Shown here: positions 1 to 26,866 of the stretch, piece after piece | Layout of the letters: each line of letters opens with the position of its first letter | Position numbering within the stretch: position 1 is the first letter of the stretch | NCBI RefSeq assembly: GCF_009914755.1 | Contig: NC_060947.1 | Source: the human T2T-CHM13v2.0 reference genome, Homo sapiens | Reading direction: 5' to 3' (one strand) | Length of the DNA stretch: 64,000 nucleotides | The notes under the pieces: generated by a model | Told to the model about the DNA's origin: nothing | The model's database searches: none | Seen by the model: the letters and a program-made list of their open reading frames with translations, nothing else | Position numbers and translations under genes: made by a program

Positions 1-1191
1 ATATATCCAAAGACATAATGAGGACCAGAAATCAGGGAAGTGGGGAGGGCCAAGCATACCCATCCCAGCCACTTCTCTTGCCAATACTACCCCTGTCTCC
101 CTTTTATACCTGCCTCCAGATGGACCTGGAAGTAACACAGAGGATTCTGAGTTACACCCAGGAACTAGACAGCCCTCTTCTAGTCCCTTCCCAGATCTTG
201 TGCTAGGACAAAGCCACCCATGCTTGGCTGTGAGATGAACAGGCTCCAGCCAGAGCCCAGTGTCGCTGGACTCTCCAGATGCCCTGTACCCACTTGTTCC
301 CCAAGTCAAGGACATTTCTGGGAGCTCCCCATGAGCTCTCCTGTAGCTTCCTTATCCTCCTTCTGCAGCAGCAGAGAAACCCTCCCTACATAGCATGGGT
401 GCCTCTCACAAAACCTGGGGTCAAGGCTTCTCCCTGGTGCCAGCCCAAGAAGGGACTCCAAGTGGGCATCTAATCCAAATAGGCGTGGCCTTTTTCCCTT
501 CCTCTTTGGCACTAAAAGAGACAGGTAGTAAAAACTACAAGCTCTTGAGGGCAACAGGAGGGAAGTGGGGGCAAAGGTGAAGTTTTTCTACAGCCCTTCA
601 AAGGTCTTGGCCCCTTGCCCAGATCCAAGTCAAGAACTGTTTGTTTCAGAGAACTGGCTTCCCAGCCATCTGCTCAGAGCTTAAAGAGCCTAGGGGCCCT
701 CATGGGATGTTCTGTTCAAATTAGCCAAAAAAGGCAGGGTGAAGACAACACAGCAGGAGGGGCCTTGACCAGTCTGGGCCTCTGAAGGTGTGGAAGGAAG
801 GGGCAGGTATATGGCACTAGGGCACATTGAGGGTATGGCAAGTCCCAGAACAGAGAGCTCTTCTCACAGCCCAGTTCCACTGATCTTAGAACCATGTCTT
901 CCATCCTTTGTGAGCAGCTAATTTATGCCAGGAACTTTCCCCACAACAAACAAGATGTTCTCTTGTACCAGTTGAAGGAACCAAGGATTAGAGAGGTTAA
1001 TTGCCTTGCACGAGGTCATGCAGCAAGTACACAGCAGGTTCAATGAGTGTCCTCTGGTGATTGGTTGCCAAGGCTGCTAGAAAATGATTCTTCCCTTCAG
1101 TGAGCAGATAGGCAGCCTGAGGATAATAGCCAGGAGGGGATACAGAAAGTCACACTCCTTTTGCGCCTAGGACATAGCTTGCTCCATCCAG

Positions 1192-1217
1192 AAAAAAAAA
1201 AAAAAAAAAAAAAAAAA
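1192..1217 (+). repeat. Poly-A tract (26 nt)
   Basis: Seen directly. Confidence 0.95.
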
Positions 1218-1477
1218 TGTCCTTATTCCTTTGACACACACTGTCTCTGGGTTGTAGAAATGGGTCAGGCACTAAGGTCAGGTTTTACATGTGGAAAATC
1301 TTAGGGTGAAGACAGGAAAAGACTTTCTCACAGTCAGAGTGTAAGAGAACAGTTCAGATGAATGGAGCTGTCCAAGAAGCCAGGCAGATATGCAGGAGAA
1401 AGACTGACAAGGAAACCCTCTCTCCTAAAATCCCCCACAGCCATGAACATTCACATGAATTGAAAAACCAATCCTCA

Positions 1478-1807
<330 letters not shown>

Positions 1808-1929
1808 CTAGGGGGTAAGTTTGAGGACTTGCAAAAGTAGGGGGCCTTTGGGGCCAATCTTTAGTTCACCAGGGGTTCTCAAGTCTGCATTCATGTGAGA
1901 CTCACTGGGGATATCTTAAATAATAATTA

Positions 1930-2790
1930 TGTTTGCGATATATTTATCTGACAAAAGACTGATACCCAGAATATATAAAGAGCTCCTACAAATCAATAAT
2001 AAAATGACCACCCAAAAATATGAGCAAAAGAGTGGAACAGACACCTCATGAGACAGGATATATGAATGGTCAGTAAGCACATGAAAAGATGATCAACATA
2101 ATTTTCCATTAGGGAAATGCAATTTAAAACTAAAAGGACATGCCTCTACATACCCATGAGAATGGCTATAATTTAAAAGACAGACAATACCAAGTGTTAG
2201 CAAAGATATGGAACAACTGTAAGTCTCATCTTTTGCTGGTGGGGGTGTAAATTGGTACAACCACTTTGGAAACCAGCAGTTTCAAATAAAGTTAAACCCA
2301 GGAATTCCACTCCAAGAGAAATGAGTATATGTGCTCACAGAGAGACTTGTACAAGAATGTTGATAGCAGCTTTGTTTCTAATAGCCAAAAACTGGGACCA
2401 ATGCAAATGTCCCTGGATGCCTGAATGGATAAACTTTGGTGTATCCATACAAGGGAATACCACTCAGCCACAAAAAGAAATGAACTACTGATCCTCAGGG
2501 CAGTAGGATGAACCTCAAGGGCATTATACTAAGAGAAATAAGGCAATCTCAGAATGTTACATACTGCTTGATTCCATTTCTATGAAGTTCAAGAACAATC
2601 AAAATGAATCTATGATAGAAATCAGAACAGTGTCTGCCTCTGGCAGGGGTGAAGGGCAGTGACTGGAGAAATGGAAATGTTCTATGTTTTAATGGGGCAG
2701 TGGTTACACAAGCACCCACAATATCACAATTCACTGAACTATACATTTAAGGCCTATGCATTTTACTGTGGGTAAATTATGCCTAAATTT
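1930..2790 (+). mobile_element. Old L1M 3' fragment
   Basis: ORF2 C-terminal and 3'UTR-like sequence (MVQPLWK...RMLIAALFLIAKNW). Confidence 0.85.
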
Positions 2791-2794
2791 TAAG

Positions 2795-2915
2795 ACTCAT
2801 GCCCAGGCCTCACCCCTAATTAAATCAAAGTATCTAAAGGTGGGGCCTGGGCAAGGGCATTTTCAAAATCTCCTCAGGTGATGCTAATGTGCAGCCGGGG
2901 GTGAGAACCGCTGAT
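2795..2915. mobile_element. MER5A-like hAT-Charlie fragment
   Basis: caggtgatgctaatgtgcagccgggggtgagaaccgctg terminal motif. Confidence 0.7.
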
Positions 2916-3196
2916 AACATTACCACCACCTTTCCCTGGCAACAGTCCCTCTCAGCCTCCTGTGTTCTGGAGACTTTTCAGAGATGCCCATCAGAAAAAG
3001 TCTCTCCCACTATCACAAGCAGAGGTAGGCAAGTGGGGATAGAAGGCGAGTGAGGGTAAGTGCATACCAATATATCTCAAAGGTTGTTTCATATCAAAAC
3101 ATAAAGGCACTGAATTTTACACTTTAAAATAGTTAAAATGGTCAATTTTATGTTATGTAAATTTCATCTCAATTTTTCAAGTTAAAAAAAAAATCA

Positions 3197-4338
<1,142 letters not shown>

Positions 4339-4602
4339 TTATTTTGCTAGAAACTGCCAAATTGCCCTACATAAGGGATAAATGAATTTACATTCCCATA
4401 AACAATATATGAAAGTGTGTGTTTTCCCCACCTTTGCTAACAGTGTTTTCCAACCTTTTGATCTTCACCCCTCTGATTATTAAAAAGTGGTACCTTGTAG
4501 TTTTATTTTGCATTTTCCCTGAGAGTAAGTCTTAACTGACTCAGATAAAGACGTTCAAGTGGAGGAGAGGGGTGTTTTTTTCGAGGTAGGGAAGAAGGCA
4601 GC

Positions 4603-5741
<1,139 letters not shown>

Positions 5742-5829
5742 GCAGGTATCTTACCATGTTTCTGTTATAGTTGTGTTAGCTTTGAGCAAGTCACCAAGAA
5801 TCCAAGGGCTCTTAACTGAATATTAAGGA

Positions 5830-7450
<1,621 letters not shown>

Positions 7451-7899
7451 AGTTTAACAGTACTTTCTTGTTTTCAAAGCCTTCACCTGGTAAGGATCTC
7501 AGATTTGGGGAGAGGAAGGGTTGTTTTTCAAGTCCCTGAAGGAAACAAAGCTGATTTTAAAAACTTGAGATCTGTGTCTATCCAAATAATTAGCAAAAAG
7601 TCTGATCTATTCGTGAACTAAGCTCTCCTTGACCTGCTGAGCTGCCTTTGAAATATCCTGTGTCATTGCAGGCAATAAAACAGCCTTTCTTTGTCAATAT
7701 TCTCTGCTTCAAATTTCTCACTAATTCCAGCTGGCCTCATCCCAGCCAATCTGAATGACTGAAAGGCAGAGTGAATATAATTTAATCAGCGGCTCTGCCC
7801 CTGCAGGATGAGCTTGAGGTGTCTCTGTGGGCCTCATCTCCAAAAGGTGTCCCAGGGGCTGTGATTTTGCACGGAATAAAGGAGGGCCAGCAGGAACCC

Positions 7900-8166
7900 C
7901 GCTCTGGCGGGGGATTCAGGCAGGCACCGGCTCAGGGCGGGGGTCCGGGGAGGTGGGAGGAGTCGGGGTGGCGGCGAGGCGGGTTGGGGCAGAGCCGCAG
8001 AAAGGCAGGGAGAAGGGGAAAAGAAGACAATACCGGGAAAAAGAATAGTCGTGGTAATAATAGTCCATTGGCGGATCGCTTGAGCCCAGGAGGTCGAGGC
8101 TGCAGTGAGCCATGATCACGCCACTGAACTCCAGCCTGGGCGACAGAGCAAGACCCCATCTCTAAA

Positions 8167-8212
<46 letters not shown>

Positions 8213-8760
8213 GTAATAATAATAATCATTGTAATGCCAGCTGGCCGCCGTTTTAGTTTACAAACTCTTCAAGCCATTATCTCGTTTATGCCTGTCAACA
8301 GCTTGCTTGCAGGTTCTCATCCCCGTGTCACCGACAGGGAAATCAAGGCTCAGACAGGTGGCGGCTGAGAAGGCTGCGGCCTCCCTGCCGCGTGGTGCCC
8401 TCGGCCTTTCCTGCCGCCTTCCCGCCCCTCTTCCCGCCCACGGCGCACCGCTCCCCCACCTGATCTCCTGCCATCAGTGAGCCCGGCGGCGCCCGGCCGT
8501 TGCTATGGCATTTCTGGAGTGTCAGAAGTGCCCAGGAAGCATACAAATCGACCTGCGTGAGACAGCTCTGTGCAAAACAACTTCCAATTTACTCGCAATA
8601 ATTACCACCCCCAGATAATAGCCTGTACTCAGGCGGGCGAGCAGGGGGCGGATGGGGGAAGGGAGAGAGGACTCTGAGAGGCAGGGAAGGAGGCCGGGCA
8701 CAACAGACAAACAGCCACGGCAAGGCTGGGGTTTCAGGGAGAGGTGGGGGAAAGCAGAGA
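7900..8760. promoter_or_regulatory. Orphan CpG/GC-rich island, candidate promoter or enhancer
   Basis: CpG-dense; RFX-like GTTGCTATGGCAT at 8499-8511, two TTCCCGCCC near 8419-8439, GC box near 8645. Confidence 0.6.
8070..8225 (+). repeat. Alu right-arm fragment with (AAT)n microsatellite tail
   Basis: ggatcgcttgagcccaggaggtcgagg..., AAT repeat at about 8167-8225. Confidence 0.9.
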
Positions 8761-8989
8761 GGTGGTGCTCCTGAATTAGGGACTGAAGAAGGCTCAGTCC
8801 TCCTAATTTGGTTCTGGAAACTCCAACGTTCTTCTGGACGGATCATATGAAGGCATTTCATTCGATATTTACTGGGCACCTTTGGAGGTGGGCACTTTGC
8901 CGGGCACCGGGAATGCAAAGGCGAAGACTCCAAGTTCTTGTAGTGAAGTGGCTCACAGACTCCTGGGAGAGTCAAACATAAAGGGCCAT

Positions 8990-10810
<1,821 letters not shown>

Positions 10811-12124
10811 AGCACTTGCTGCTCCCTTGACCTTCCTTTTCTGAGGAAGCTGGAAAAGCCTCGTAGCAGAGCTGAGGTTGGAGGCAGCTGGGAAGGATGA
10901 GTGGGGCTCTGTTAGGCAGAAAAGAGGTGCATGGGCCTCATCCTTCACAACAGGCAGGAGGAAATGAAGCCAATGGCCAGGCAGGCCTTCGTGGAAGTCT
11001 CGGGTTGGGGAAAGCTGCAGGAGGACAGGGTGTGGAGACTGTGGACTGTGTGATGGAAAGGAAGTCCTGTGCAAGGAAAGGGACCCCAACAGAGAGGCGT
11101 GAGGAGATGAGAGGTCCACCTCCTGCCTCCCCAGCTCTGCCTTGGATCGGCCCTGGCCCAGAGGACCTTTGAAACCTTCTGAGTTACCGGATGAAGCAGG
11201 TCATAACTATGGCACACAAAATTCCCAGCATGCCGAGGAGTTACTGAGGTTTGTGTTTGTGTGAATCACACAGCAAACATCTGTCTTGGCCACTGGCCAG
11301 AACAGGGCTCCCCCCACAGCCACACGCACACTGATTGCAAACATATGGCCCCCAAGGAAGAGACTCTCCAAAAGGCCTCGTGAACCATCTTTGCATTCTG
11401 GCCTGAATCGCCCCAGCCCTTACTCCCTTACTCCTTGTACAAAAGCATGAATCCCCTTTATATGGGACTGTTAGACCCACACTGAGGAAACCCTACCCCC
11501 ACCTCCAGAACCACAAACACTAACTCCTCACCTCATGAGGGGCTCTGACATCAGACTGCCTGGGTTCCCATCCAGCCCATCCCTATTAATTGTGTGAACT
11601 TGGACCAGGTTCTTGACCTCTCTGAGCCTCATTTTCCACCTCTGTGAAGAAGGATGTAAATGATACCTCCATCACAGGCTTGATGCAAGGCTCAAATGGG
11701 ATTATCTGAGACTAAGCCTCAGGGGCTCTAAAAAATTTGGGTTTTACCTTGTCCCCTGCACCCCCTACTCAATACTCCCACTACCATTACGTGATTCAAA
11801 ATAAAAATTATACCAAACTGTAAAGAGGGTAAGAAATGCTCTATAAGTTCCCGCCAGAAAATAAAAAAAAATTTTTTTACAAAAGGGTAAGAAAGTCTAA
11901 CCAAGGTCTGCTTTTTCCTGTGATGACTACTTTGATGGAGTTATTTGAAATCTCAATTATCATATTATTTTCCAAAACACTTTTGTTGTCATCCCTGCTT
12001 TATGAATGCCCTAAGCATTTTTAGTGAGCAGTTAGGCCCCAGAGAATATGGACTTGGAAACTGTAACTGGAAACAACACATTCTTGTTGGCCAGGATCAG
12101 CTAACACTCAATAGAGTTTACTAC

Positions 12125-12438
<314 letters not shown>

Positions 12439-12623
12439 TAATAGTCGCCAGGGAGTGTTCTAATACAGTTTATCCTCACAACAAAACCTATGAAGTTGGT
12501 ACAATTATTATCCCCTTTTACAGATGGGAAAGCTGAGAATCAGGGGTGTGAATTGACTTGCCCACTATCACAGCTAGTGAATGGGGGTTTTGAACACTGG
12601 TACTCTGGCACAGAGGCCATATC

Positions 12624-12936
12624 CTTTTTTTTTTTTTTTTTTTTTTGAGACAGAGTCTCGTTCTATTGCCCAGGCTGGAGTGCAGTGGTACAATCTTGGC
12701 TCACCGCAACCTCCGCTTCCTGGGTTCAAGCCATTCTCCTGCCTCAGCCTCCTGAGTAGCTGGGATTACAGGTGCTTGCCACCACACCTGGCTAATTTTT
12801 TTTCTTTTTTTTTTTAGTATAGACGGGGTTTCACCATATTGGCCAGGCTGGTCTTGAACTCCTGACCTGAAGTGATCTGCTTGCCTCAGCCTCCCAAAGT
12901 GCTGGGATTACAGGCAGAAGCCACCGCGCCTGGCCC
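12624..12936 (-). mobile_element. AluS inserted in a MIR (about 12440-12970)
   Basis: TSD CAGAGGCCATATCCTT; MIR core on the left flank. Confidence 0.9.
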
Positions 12937-13913
12937 AGAGGCCATATCCTTAACCGCTATGCTGTAGTGTCTCTTCAACAGTTGGATCAAACTACTGCCA
13001 CACATATAAGAGCCTTGTATTCCAAAGGGGCTGGGCTGGGTTAAGAGACTGGGATTGGTTGTTTGGGTAGCTCTCCCCACAGCTGGAGACCCAGCCCCAA
13101 GTCTTCATCCTAGCTGCAAAGATACGAGAGTGCTCAAATTGGCAGTGGTGCCGCCCGGTGTTCTTCCGAGGGGAGGCATCTATAAATGAGACGTTTGAAT
13201 CAAATGTTTTCCAAAGGTCCTTTCAGTTCAAGGAGCTGAAGGCCCAACTTTCCCTTGGGCCTGCCAGCTATCTTCTCCTATGGGAGCAAGCAGGCCCTTT
13301 GCAGACCCTTTCACTCTGTCCTCCCTCAAATAGTGGTGTGCATCAGGGTATCCTTGGCCCTTGCCTTTCTTACTTGGAGGCATGGCACGCCTGAGAGACC
13401 TCATCCCTCCAGGGCTCCAGTTACCTTCTTTATCCTGATGCCTAGTCCAGACCTCTCCTCTGAGGTTGAGAACCATCTCTCCAACTGCCTCCCAAGGCCC
13501 TCCTCCTTAGTGTCTCCCACGTATGTACCTCGCCCTCTACCTGCAGTGTGAACTCAGTGGGTGTCTCTCCCCGGACCTCTTCCTTTTTTCATGTTCTTTT
13601 CTACAACTGGCTCTGCCACCTACTCATCCATTTGCTTAAGCCAGAATTCAGGCAGTCATTCTCAAGTTTTCCTTGCTCTCACTCTCCACATCCCATCAGT
13701 CACCAAGGCCTGTCAATTTTACCCCCTACAAATTGCATGAAGCCAATCCCTTCTTTCCGTCCCCATGGCTGTCTCTCTAGGCCAAGCCACACTACCTGAG
13801 AGCTGAAGTAAAAGGCAAAAGCCTTCCGCGGCCCTCTCTGCCTCTATTCTCTGCTTCCATGAGCTGCTTTCACCGGGCAGCCAGAGAGAGCTTTTTAAAT
13901 TAAGCAAAATTTA

Positions 13914-14215
13914 GCCGGGCGCGGTGGCTCATGCCTGTAATCCCAACACTTTGGGAGGCCGAGGTGGGTGGATCACCTGAGGTCAGGAGTTCGAGACTAG
14001 CCTGGACACGGTGAAACCCTGTCTCTACTAAAAATAAAAAAATTAGCCGGGCATGGTGGCAGGCACCTGCAATCCCAGCTACTCGGGAGGCTGAGGCAGG
14101 GAGAATTTCTTGAATCCGGGAGGCGGAGGTTGCAGTGAGCCGAGACGTGCCATTGCACTCCAGCTTGGGTGACAGAGGGAGACTCCGTCTCAGAAAAAAA
14201 AAAAAAAAAAAAAAC
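13914..14215 (+). mobile_element. AluS within L2 fragments (about 13400-15165)
   Basis: Full dimer with A tail; L2 tail near 15130-15165. Confidence 0.9.
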
Positions 14216-15601
14216 AAAATCTGGGTGTCGACCCCCCTGTCCAGAACTCATGGATGACTTTATTTCTGTTTGGATTAAGTCCAAATTTTTGTACATGTGT
14301 AATGAGACCTAGTGCTATTAGGCAAATCATTTTACAGGATGGGTTCTGGAGTCCCTATAAGCCTCGATTCTAATGTAAGGCCAGCCATTTCATAGCGAAT
14401 GCGACTTTCGGTATGCTTTTTAACATCTTGAATCTTCAACTTTCTCATTTGCAAAGTGGGAGAACAGTACCTCCCTGGTAGCGTTGTTGTGAGGGTGAGA
14501 GAGGAGAGAGGGCATGTAACCTGCTCAACTTGGTGCCCTGCACCTAAGCACTTTAATCACTTGCTGCCAATTAGACCTGGTTATTATAAAGTTGTCAGTA
14601 CCAGTAATATGATTTATTGATTTAATCAACTAACGATTACTAATTGTGATATGATGGATTTGTTATATTGTATTATAAGTTATTATTGTGAGGTTATGAT
14701 ATTAATTTGGATTCTGTGATGATCTCTCCAGCCTCGCCTCTCACAACTTCCTCCCACCCCTCTTCCCTTGCCTTTACTTGTCATACACCCTCACTCCCAG
14801 GCGTTCTTGTTTTCTGCCATCTCTCCCTGGAAAGTCCTTCTCTCCCCATCCTCTGAGTCCTCCAGCCCCCTTTTATCTCTCTAAGTCCCTTCAGATGCTT
14901 AAGTCAGCTCAAGGCACCAATTCCTCTGTGAAGCCTTCCCAGACCCTCCCCCCAAGACCTGTATAGGTGTCTCTTCTATGGGCCTCCAAGAGCACCTCGT
15001 GCTTCCCTTCTCAGACCACCTATCACAACATATTTGTGATTATTTACTTGTCACAGTCCTGGACTTAGGTCGTCAGTTTGACAAAGAGCTCTTATCACTG
15101 TATTCCAAGTTCTTAGCGCTCTGCTGGGCACGTGGTTGTGGTTCGATAAATGTTTGCTGAATGAACAAGAGATCAACCTGGCAGCATTCAGCGCTCCACC
15201 CCATGACAATCTGCCCCCTTCAAGGGGGTCTGAGGCCCCAAGCCAAACCTCTTCAAAGCCAAAAGCTGCTGTGTCTGCCCTAGAAGTATTTCTGTCCTTC
15301 AGTTCATAACCTTCTCACATCCTGTGGGCTTAGTGAAGGTGTGGGCATTTTTCTTCACCAGTAAAATGGCAAATAAGCCCAATTTTTCAGGGTCGTGGAA
15401 ATTCACTGCAAGGAGGAGCTCTGTAAACTGCAAAGGGCTGCATGTAGCACTTAATGATGATCAGACACAATAAATGTGTTGCTCTTTGGCTCAACTCTTG
15501 TCAAGACCCCATGCAGACAAGGGCCCTCCTGTTTATACAGCATTATCTCTAGCAATCAGGTTACAATTGATTGACATTATCACTTTCTTTATGTTTGGCA
15601 G

Positions 15602-15691
15602 ATTCCCAGCCTGCAGCAACATGCTGGTCACCATAGAGACCTGAGAAGCACCCTCATCTCATTGGTATCATATTTACAAACCACCCCTTAA
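15602..15691 (+). CDS. PIN4: Probable PIN4 distal alternative last exon (IPSLQQHAGHHRDLRSTLISLVSYLQTTP*)
   Basis: Acceptor ctttctttatgtttggcag|ATT, 29 codons then TAA; peptide recognised from memory as the alternative PIN4 C-terminus; upstream exons lie outside the window. Confidence 0.7.
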   Translation: MPSLQQHAGHHRDLRSTLISLVSYLQTTP

Positions 15692-15919
15692 AGTGGATTA
15701 TTTTGCAGATGGCTGATCTCATCTATTCAATGTTGATTCTATTAGTTCCAATTTCAGAAGGTGACATTTTCTGACTTTGTCCCCTTAAGCACAAACAAAA
15801 ACTATGGATTTTTGTTTTTGTTTTCAGAAAAGAGAAAGTACAAGGTGTGCTTGGGGAACAGCAAGGAAACCAGACAGATGTGGGGGCGGGTTTGTAGGGG
15901 AACTGCTGGATGTACCTCA

Positions 15920-16530
15920 TTAATTTGTTCATTTGTTCAGCACCCACAGGGTGCCAGTGAACGGGCTAGGTGCTGGGGATAGAGTGGTGAACAAGATGAG
16001 CCTTATGCACCTCACAGTCTCCTGGGGGAGACAGCCAAATAGACAATTTTAATACAATGTGGCAAATTCTATGATGGGAAGAAGAGAGAAATGGTGTGTG
16101 TGAGTCCCTCACCTTCCCAGAGGTTTCCCAGGGGAAGCAACGTTTCAGCTGAGACCTGAAGGATGGATGACAGTCCACCAGAAAAAAGTTAGTGGAGCGG
16201 GGACAAGCAGGGTTGCAGAGTGGAAGAAAAATGTTCCTGTGAGAAGAAACTGTCCAAAGAGTCTGAAGAGAAAAGGGAACAGGGTGAATTTGAGGCCCTA
16301 CAAGAAAAACAGGAGACCATTCAACAGGAGACGCCCAGGGAGCAGGTGGCTTTGTGGGCCTGATGTCCAAGAAAGAAGTCATGGTGGTAAACAGAGACTT
16401 GGGATTGCAAGCTACTGTTGTCTTTCTATTGAAAAAATAGCTGAGCACCACACTAGGGAGGCCTTGCAAGGACAGCCCAAAGAATTTGAACTTGATTCTA
16501 CAGGCAGTGATTTTGAACAAGAGGTTTTGA
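15920..16530 (-). mobile_element. L2 fragment
   Basis: ttcatttgttcagcaccc...ctaggtgctggggata L2 3'-end pattern. Confidence 0.7.
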
Positions 16531-16714
16531 AGAGAACGTGACACACGTCAAGCTGAGCTCTAGGGAGTGGGCAGCAGCCTGCAGAAGAGGGACTAGGCTA
16601 GGAGCACAGAAAGTAGCCCACGGCAGAGGTAGCAGAAGGAATGGAGGAGTGCCCATGTGAGGGGTACTGAGGTGGCACACTTGCCAGAATCAGGGCAGCC
16701 TGCTTGGTCTCATA

Positions 16715-20557
<3,843 letters not shown>

Positions 20558-21269
20558 GCAATTTACTTTCAAAGTGTTCAGAAAAATAAGATGTTTGTGT
20601 ACATATACAGGAATGAAAATAAAGCAAATATGGCAAAATGTTAACCATTATTGAATCCAGCTGGTGTCTATATAGGTAATCACTGAACTGCTGTTTCAAC
20701 TTTCCTGTATACTTGAAAATGTTCATAATATAAACTACAGTAAGAATCAGTGCAAAGTTCTGAGGCAAGAGAATGCCTCTTGTGTTCAAGAAACATCAAG
20801 GAGGCCAGTGTGGCTGGAACAGATTGACTCAGAGGGAACAGGTAGATGAGGTGAGGCCAGACTGTGAGGGCCTCGCAGGTTCTTATGGCTGTGGCTCTTA
20901 GTCTGAGTTGGGATAGATGGGAGCTCATTTAGGAGCATGAGTGAGGAGTGACCTGACCTGTCTTAAACAGGATCCCATTCGGCAGCTGGGTTGAGACTGT
21001 AGGGGTCAAGAATGGAAGCCAAGAGACCCGTTATGGGTTGGTGCTATCTATAATCTAGAGTGCAGGTAAGAGTTGTTGGTGGCTCAGACCAGGGTGGTAG
21101 TGATGCAGGTGATAAGTGGTCTGATATTATCTGGGAGGAGGGCATACACTGTGCTATTTATTTGTTCCTTTATATGTTTATTATGAAAAATCTCAAAGAT
21201 ATATAGGAGTAGAGAGCGTAATGAATCCCCTCTATCCATCGTTCACCTTCAACATTATCAGTACATGGC

Positions 21270-24077
<2,808 letters not shown>

Positions 24078-24505
24078 TGAATGGGACCCCAGCCAGTCAT
24101 GCTTTGGCGTCTGCAATATGAATGGCAGAGAAGCCCTATGGGACCAAATCTGGGCTTCAGGGACCCCTGGGCATGCCTCCTTTAGCTGATTTTCTCTGGC
24201 AAGACCAAGTAGTCTGCTGACTCAAAGTCCAGGATGCTGCCAGGGGTAGAGATACTGCCCTAAGCCACAGTGCCTCTACAGGCCTCTTATCCACTGCTAA
24301 ACCATACGCCTGGGAAACAGGGACCATTTAACATTCCCAGCTAAATATGCCAAGTGACTTCACATGTTTATCTTAAAGATGTCCAAAACGCAACTGATTT
24401 TCTCCCCTAAACCTGTGATGGTGGGATGATTAAGCCTGAGTGGTCTACAGCAAGTTAAGTGCAAGGTGCTAAATGAAGGTGACCTGAGATACAGCATCTA
24501 CAAGG

Positions 24506-24713
24506 CAGTACCTCTCAACACAGGGCAACTTTGCTTCTCAGAGGGCATTTAGCAGTGTCTGAAGTAATTTTTGTATTACAACTCAGGGGGTGGGGGGTGA
24601 ATATCTAGTGGATAGAGGCTAGGAATGTTGTTAAACATTCCACAATAAACAGGACAGCTGCCCACAAATTATGTAGCCCCAAATGTTAACAGTATCAAAG
24701 TTGAAAAGCCCTG
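24506..24713. mobile_element. MER20 hAT-Charlie element
   Basis: cagtacctctcaac...gttgaaaagccctg inverted ends and MER20 body. Confidence 0.8.
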
Positions 24714-25520
24714 CTATAGGTGGCAAGGGAGGTTTTCGTTTTTAACAGGAAGACATGCTTTATAGGGTAACAGGAACAAGAGAGTTGGTTGAGAGAAGGT
24801 TGAAATCACAAGGTAGGATAATTGACACTGAGACTGGAGGGACTGGATTGAGGAACAGGTGTGTAACAGCAGGCCCCATGAAGCAGGGGCACATCTTCCT
24901 GAGACTGGTAAGCAAGCCTGACATGACCCGACACATTTGGACAAGCAAGAACAAGTTTATGTTCTACATCTCTGTCCTCTGAAAAACAGAGTTGAGGACT
25001 GCAGCGGCAGCTGGAGAATAAGGGCACTAAGTCCAAGGAACTGCAATGCTTTGCAACATCAACAGCCCATTTATGACCACCTTTAATGGCAACTGGAGAT
25101 TTTCATCCTGCGTTTGGCAAGATGGGCACAGGAGTGGGAAAAACAGATGAGCCAGGCTTGTGGATGGGCTAGTGCAATACAGACTGGAGAAGAAAATGAG
25201 GGCAGATTTTTAGAAAGCCAAGGGAACTTAACAGGGCAGAGGGGTCCACTGTGTAGAGAAGTTCTTGGCCAAGTCAAGGCGGGGGAGATCAATACTCCGG
25301 GATTTCTTGGCTCTTTCTACTCCTTGGTTAGTTGCTGTTCCTTTCCCAAGTCTGGTATCTTCTACTTCCCACCACTAACTAAGCCCAGCCAATAACAGAC
25401 TGCCTAAGCCTGCCTGAGAACTTAATCACTGTTCATGTTATACAGTAAAATAGCAGGAAACTGAATTAAAAAAAAAAACAACCCACAAAACCAAAATGCT
25501 ATTAATCCTGCCACAATATT

Positions 25521-25526
25521 TTTAAT
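25521..25526 (-). terminator. RPS4X: RPS4X polyadenylation signal ATTAAA
   Basis: About 40 nt after the stop, followed on the minus strand by a GU/U-rich tract (ttttggttttgtgggttgtttttt). Confidence 0.8.
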
Positions 25527-25564
25527 TACGTACAAAGATCTGACATGTCACCCAGGGACCCATT

Positions 25565-25744
<180 letters not shown>

Positions 25745-26101
25745 TCACTTAACAGAACTGAAGCCTGTTTGTGAGAGTGCTTGGCATCAGCTAGGCAGTT
25801 GCAAGACACAGATGCTGGTTACCAAAAGCACCCACTGCTTGGGTTTCTGGGGCTGTCCTATGAAACTCACCGTATGCCCTTCAGAATTAATGTCTTAGAA
25901 GTTTATTGTGCATAGCAGGCACCTACCATTTATTCAAGTGAGTCAAAGTTTAGTAGTACCTAAGGCTAATCATTATGACTCAGCCCAGCTCTGCGTGAGT
26001 CCTATCCAGAAGAGGCTTTGCACTAGGTTCAGCAGAGCCAGCCAGGAGCCTGGATGCTACAATCCCAGCAGCCACCTGCATTTACATATTTCCTCAGACT
26101 A

Positions 26102-26359
<258 letters not shown>

Positions 26360-26653
26360 TTATTCCTCCTTTCCCCCCATTTGAATTTCCTCATATGGAA
26401 CTGCTGCCTATGCTAGGACTCCCGGGACTCTCGTAAGAAATTTTGTGGCCAGGCTTGGTGGCTCACACCTATAATCAGTTCGAGAACAGTCTGGGCAACA
26501 CAGTAAGACCCTCCTCTATAAAAAACAAACAATTTAAAGAAAAGAAATGAGTATTCTGAGCATTTGTGCCTCTGGCTATAAACACACCTGGGCGATTGGA
26601 GCAGATGGTTTTTAATAAAGATACCCAGACCCTGTGCAATTCATAATGATCTA

Positions 26654-26866
<213 letters not shown>

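Noticed and set aside
15966-16544. 192-aa minus ORF and 124-aa plus ORF
   Set aside because: Both lie within a decayed L2 fragment
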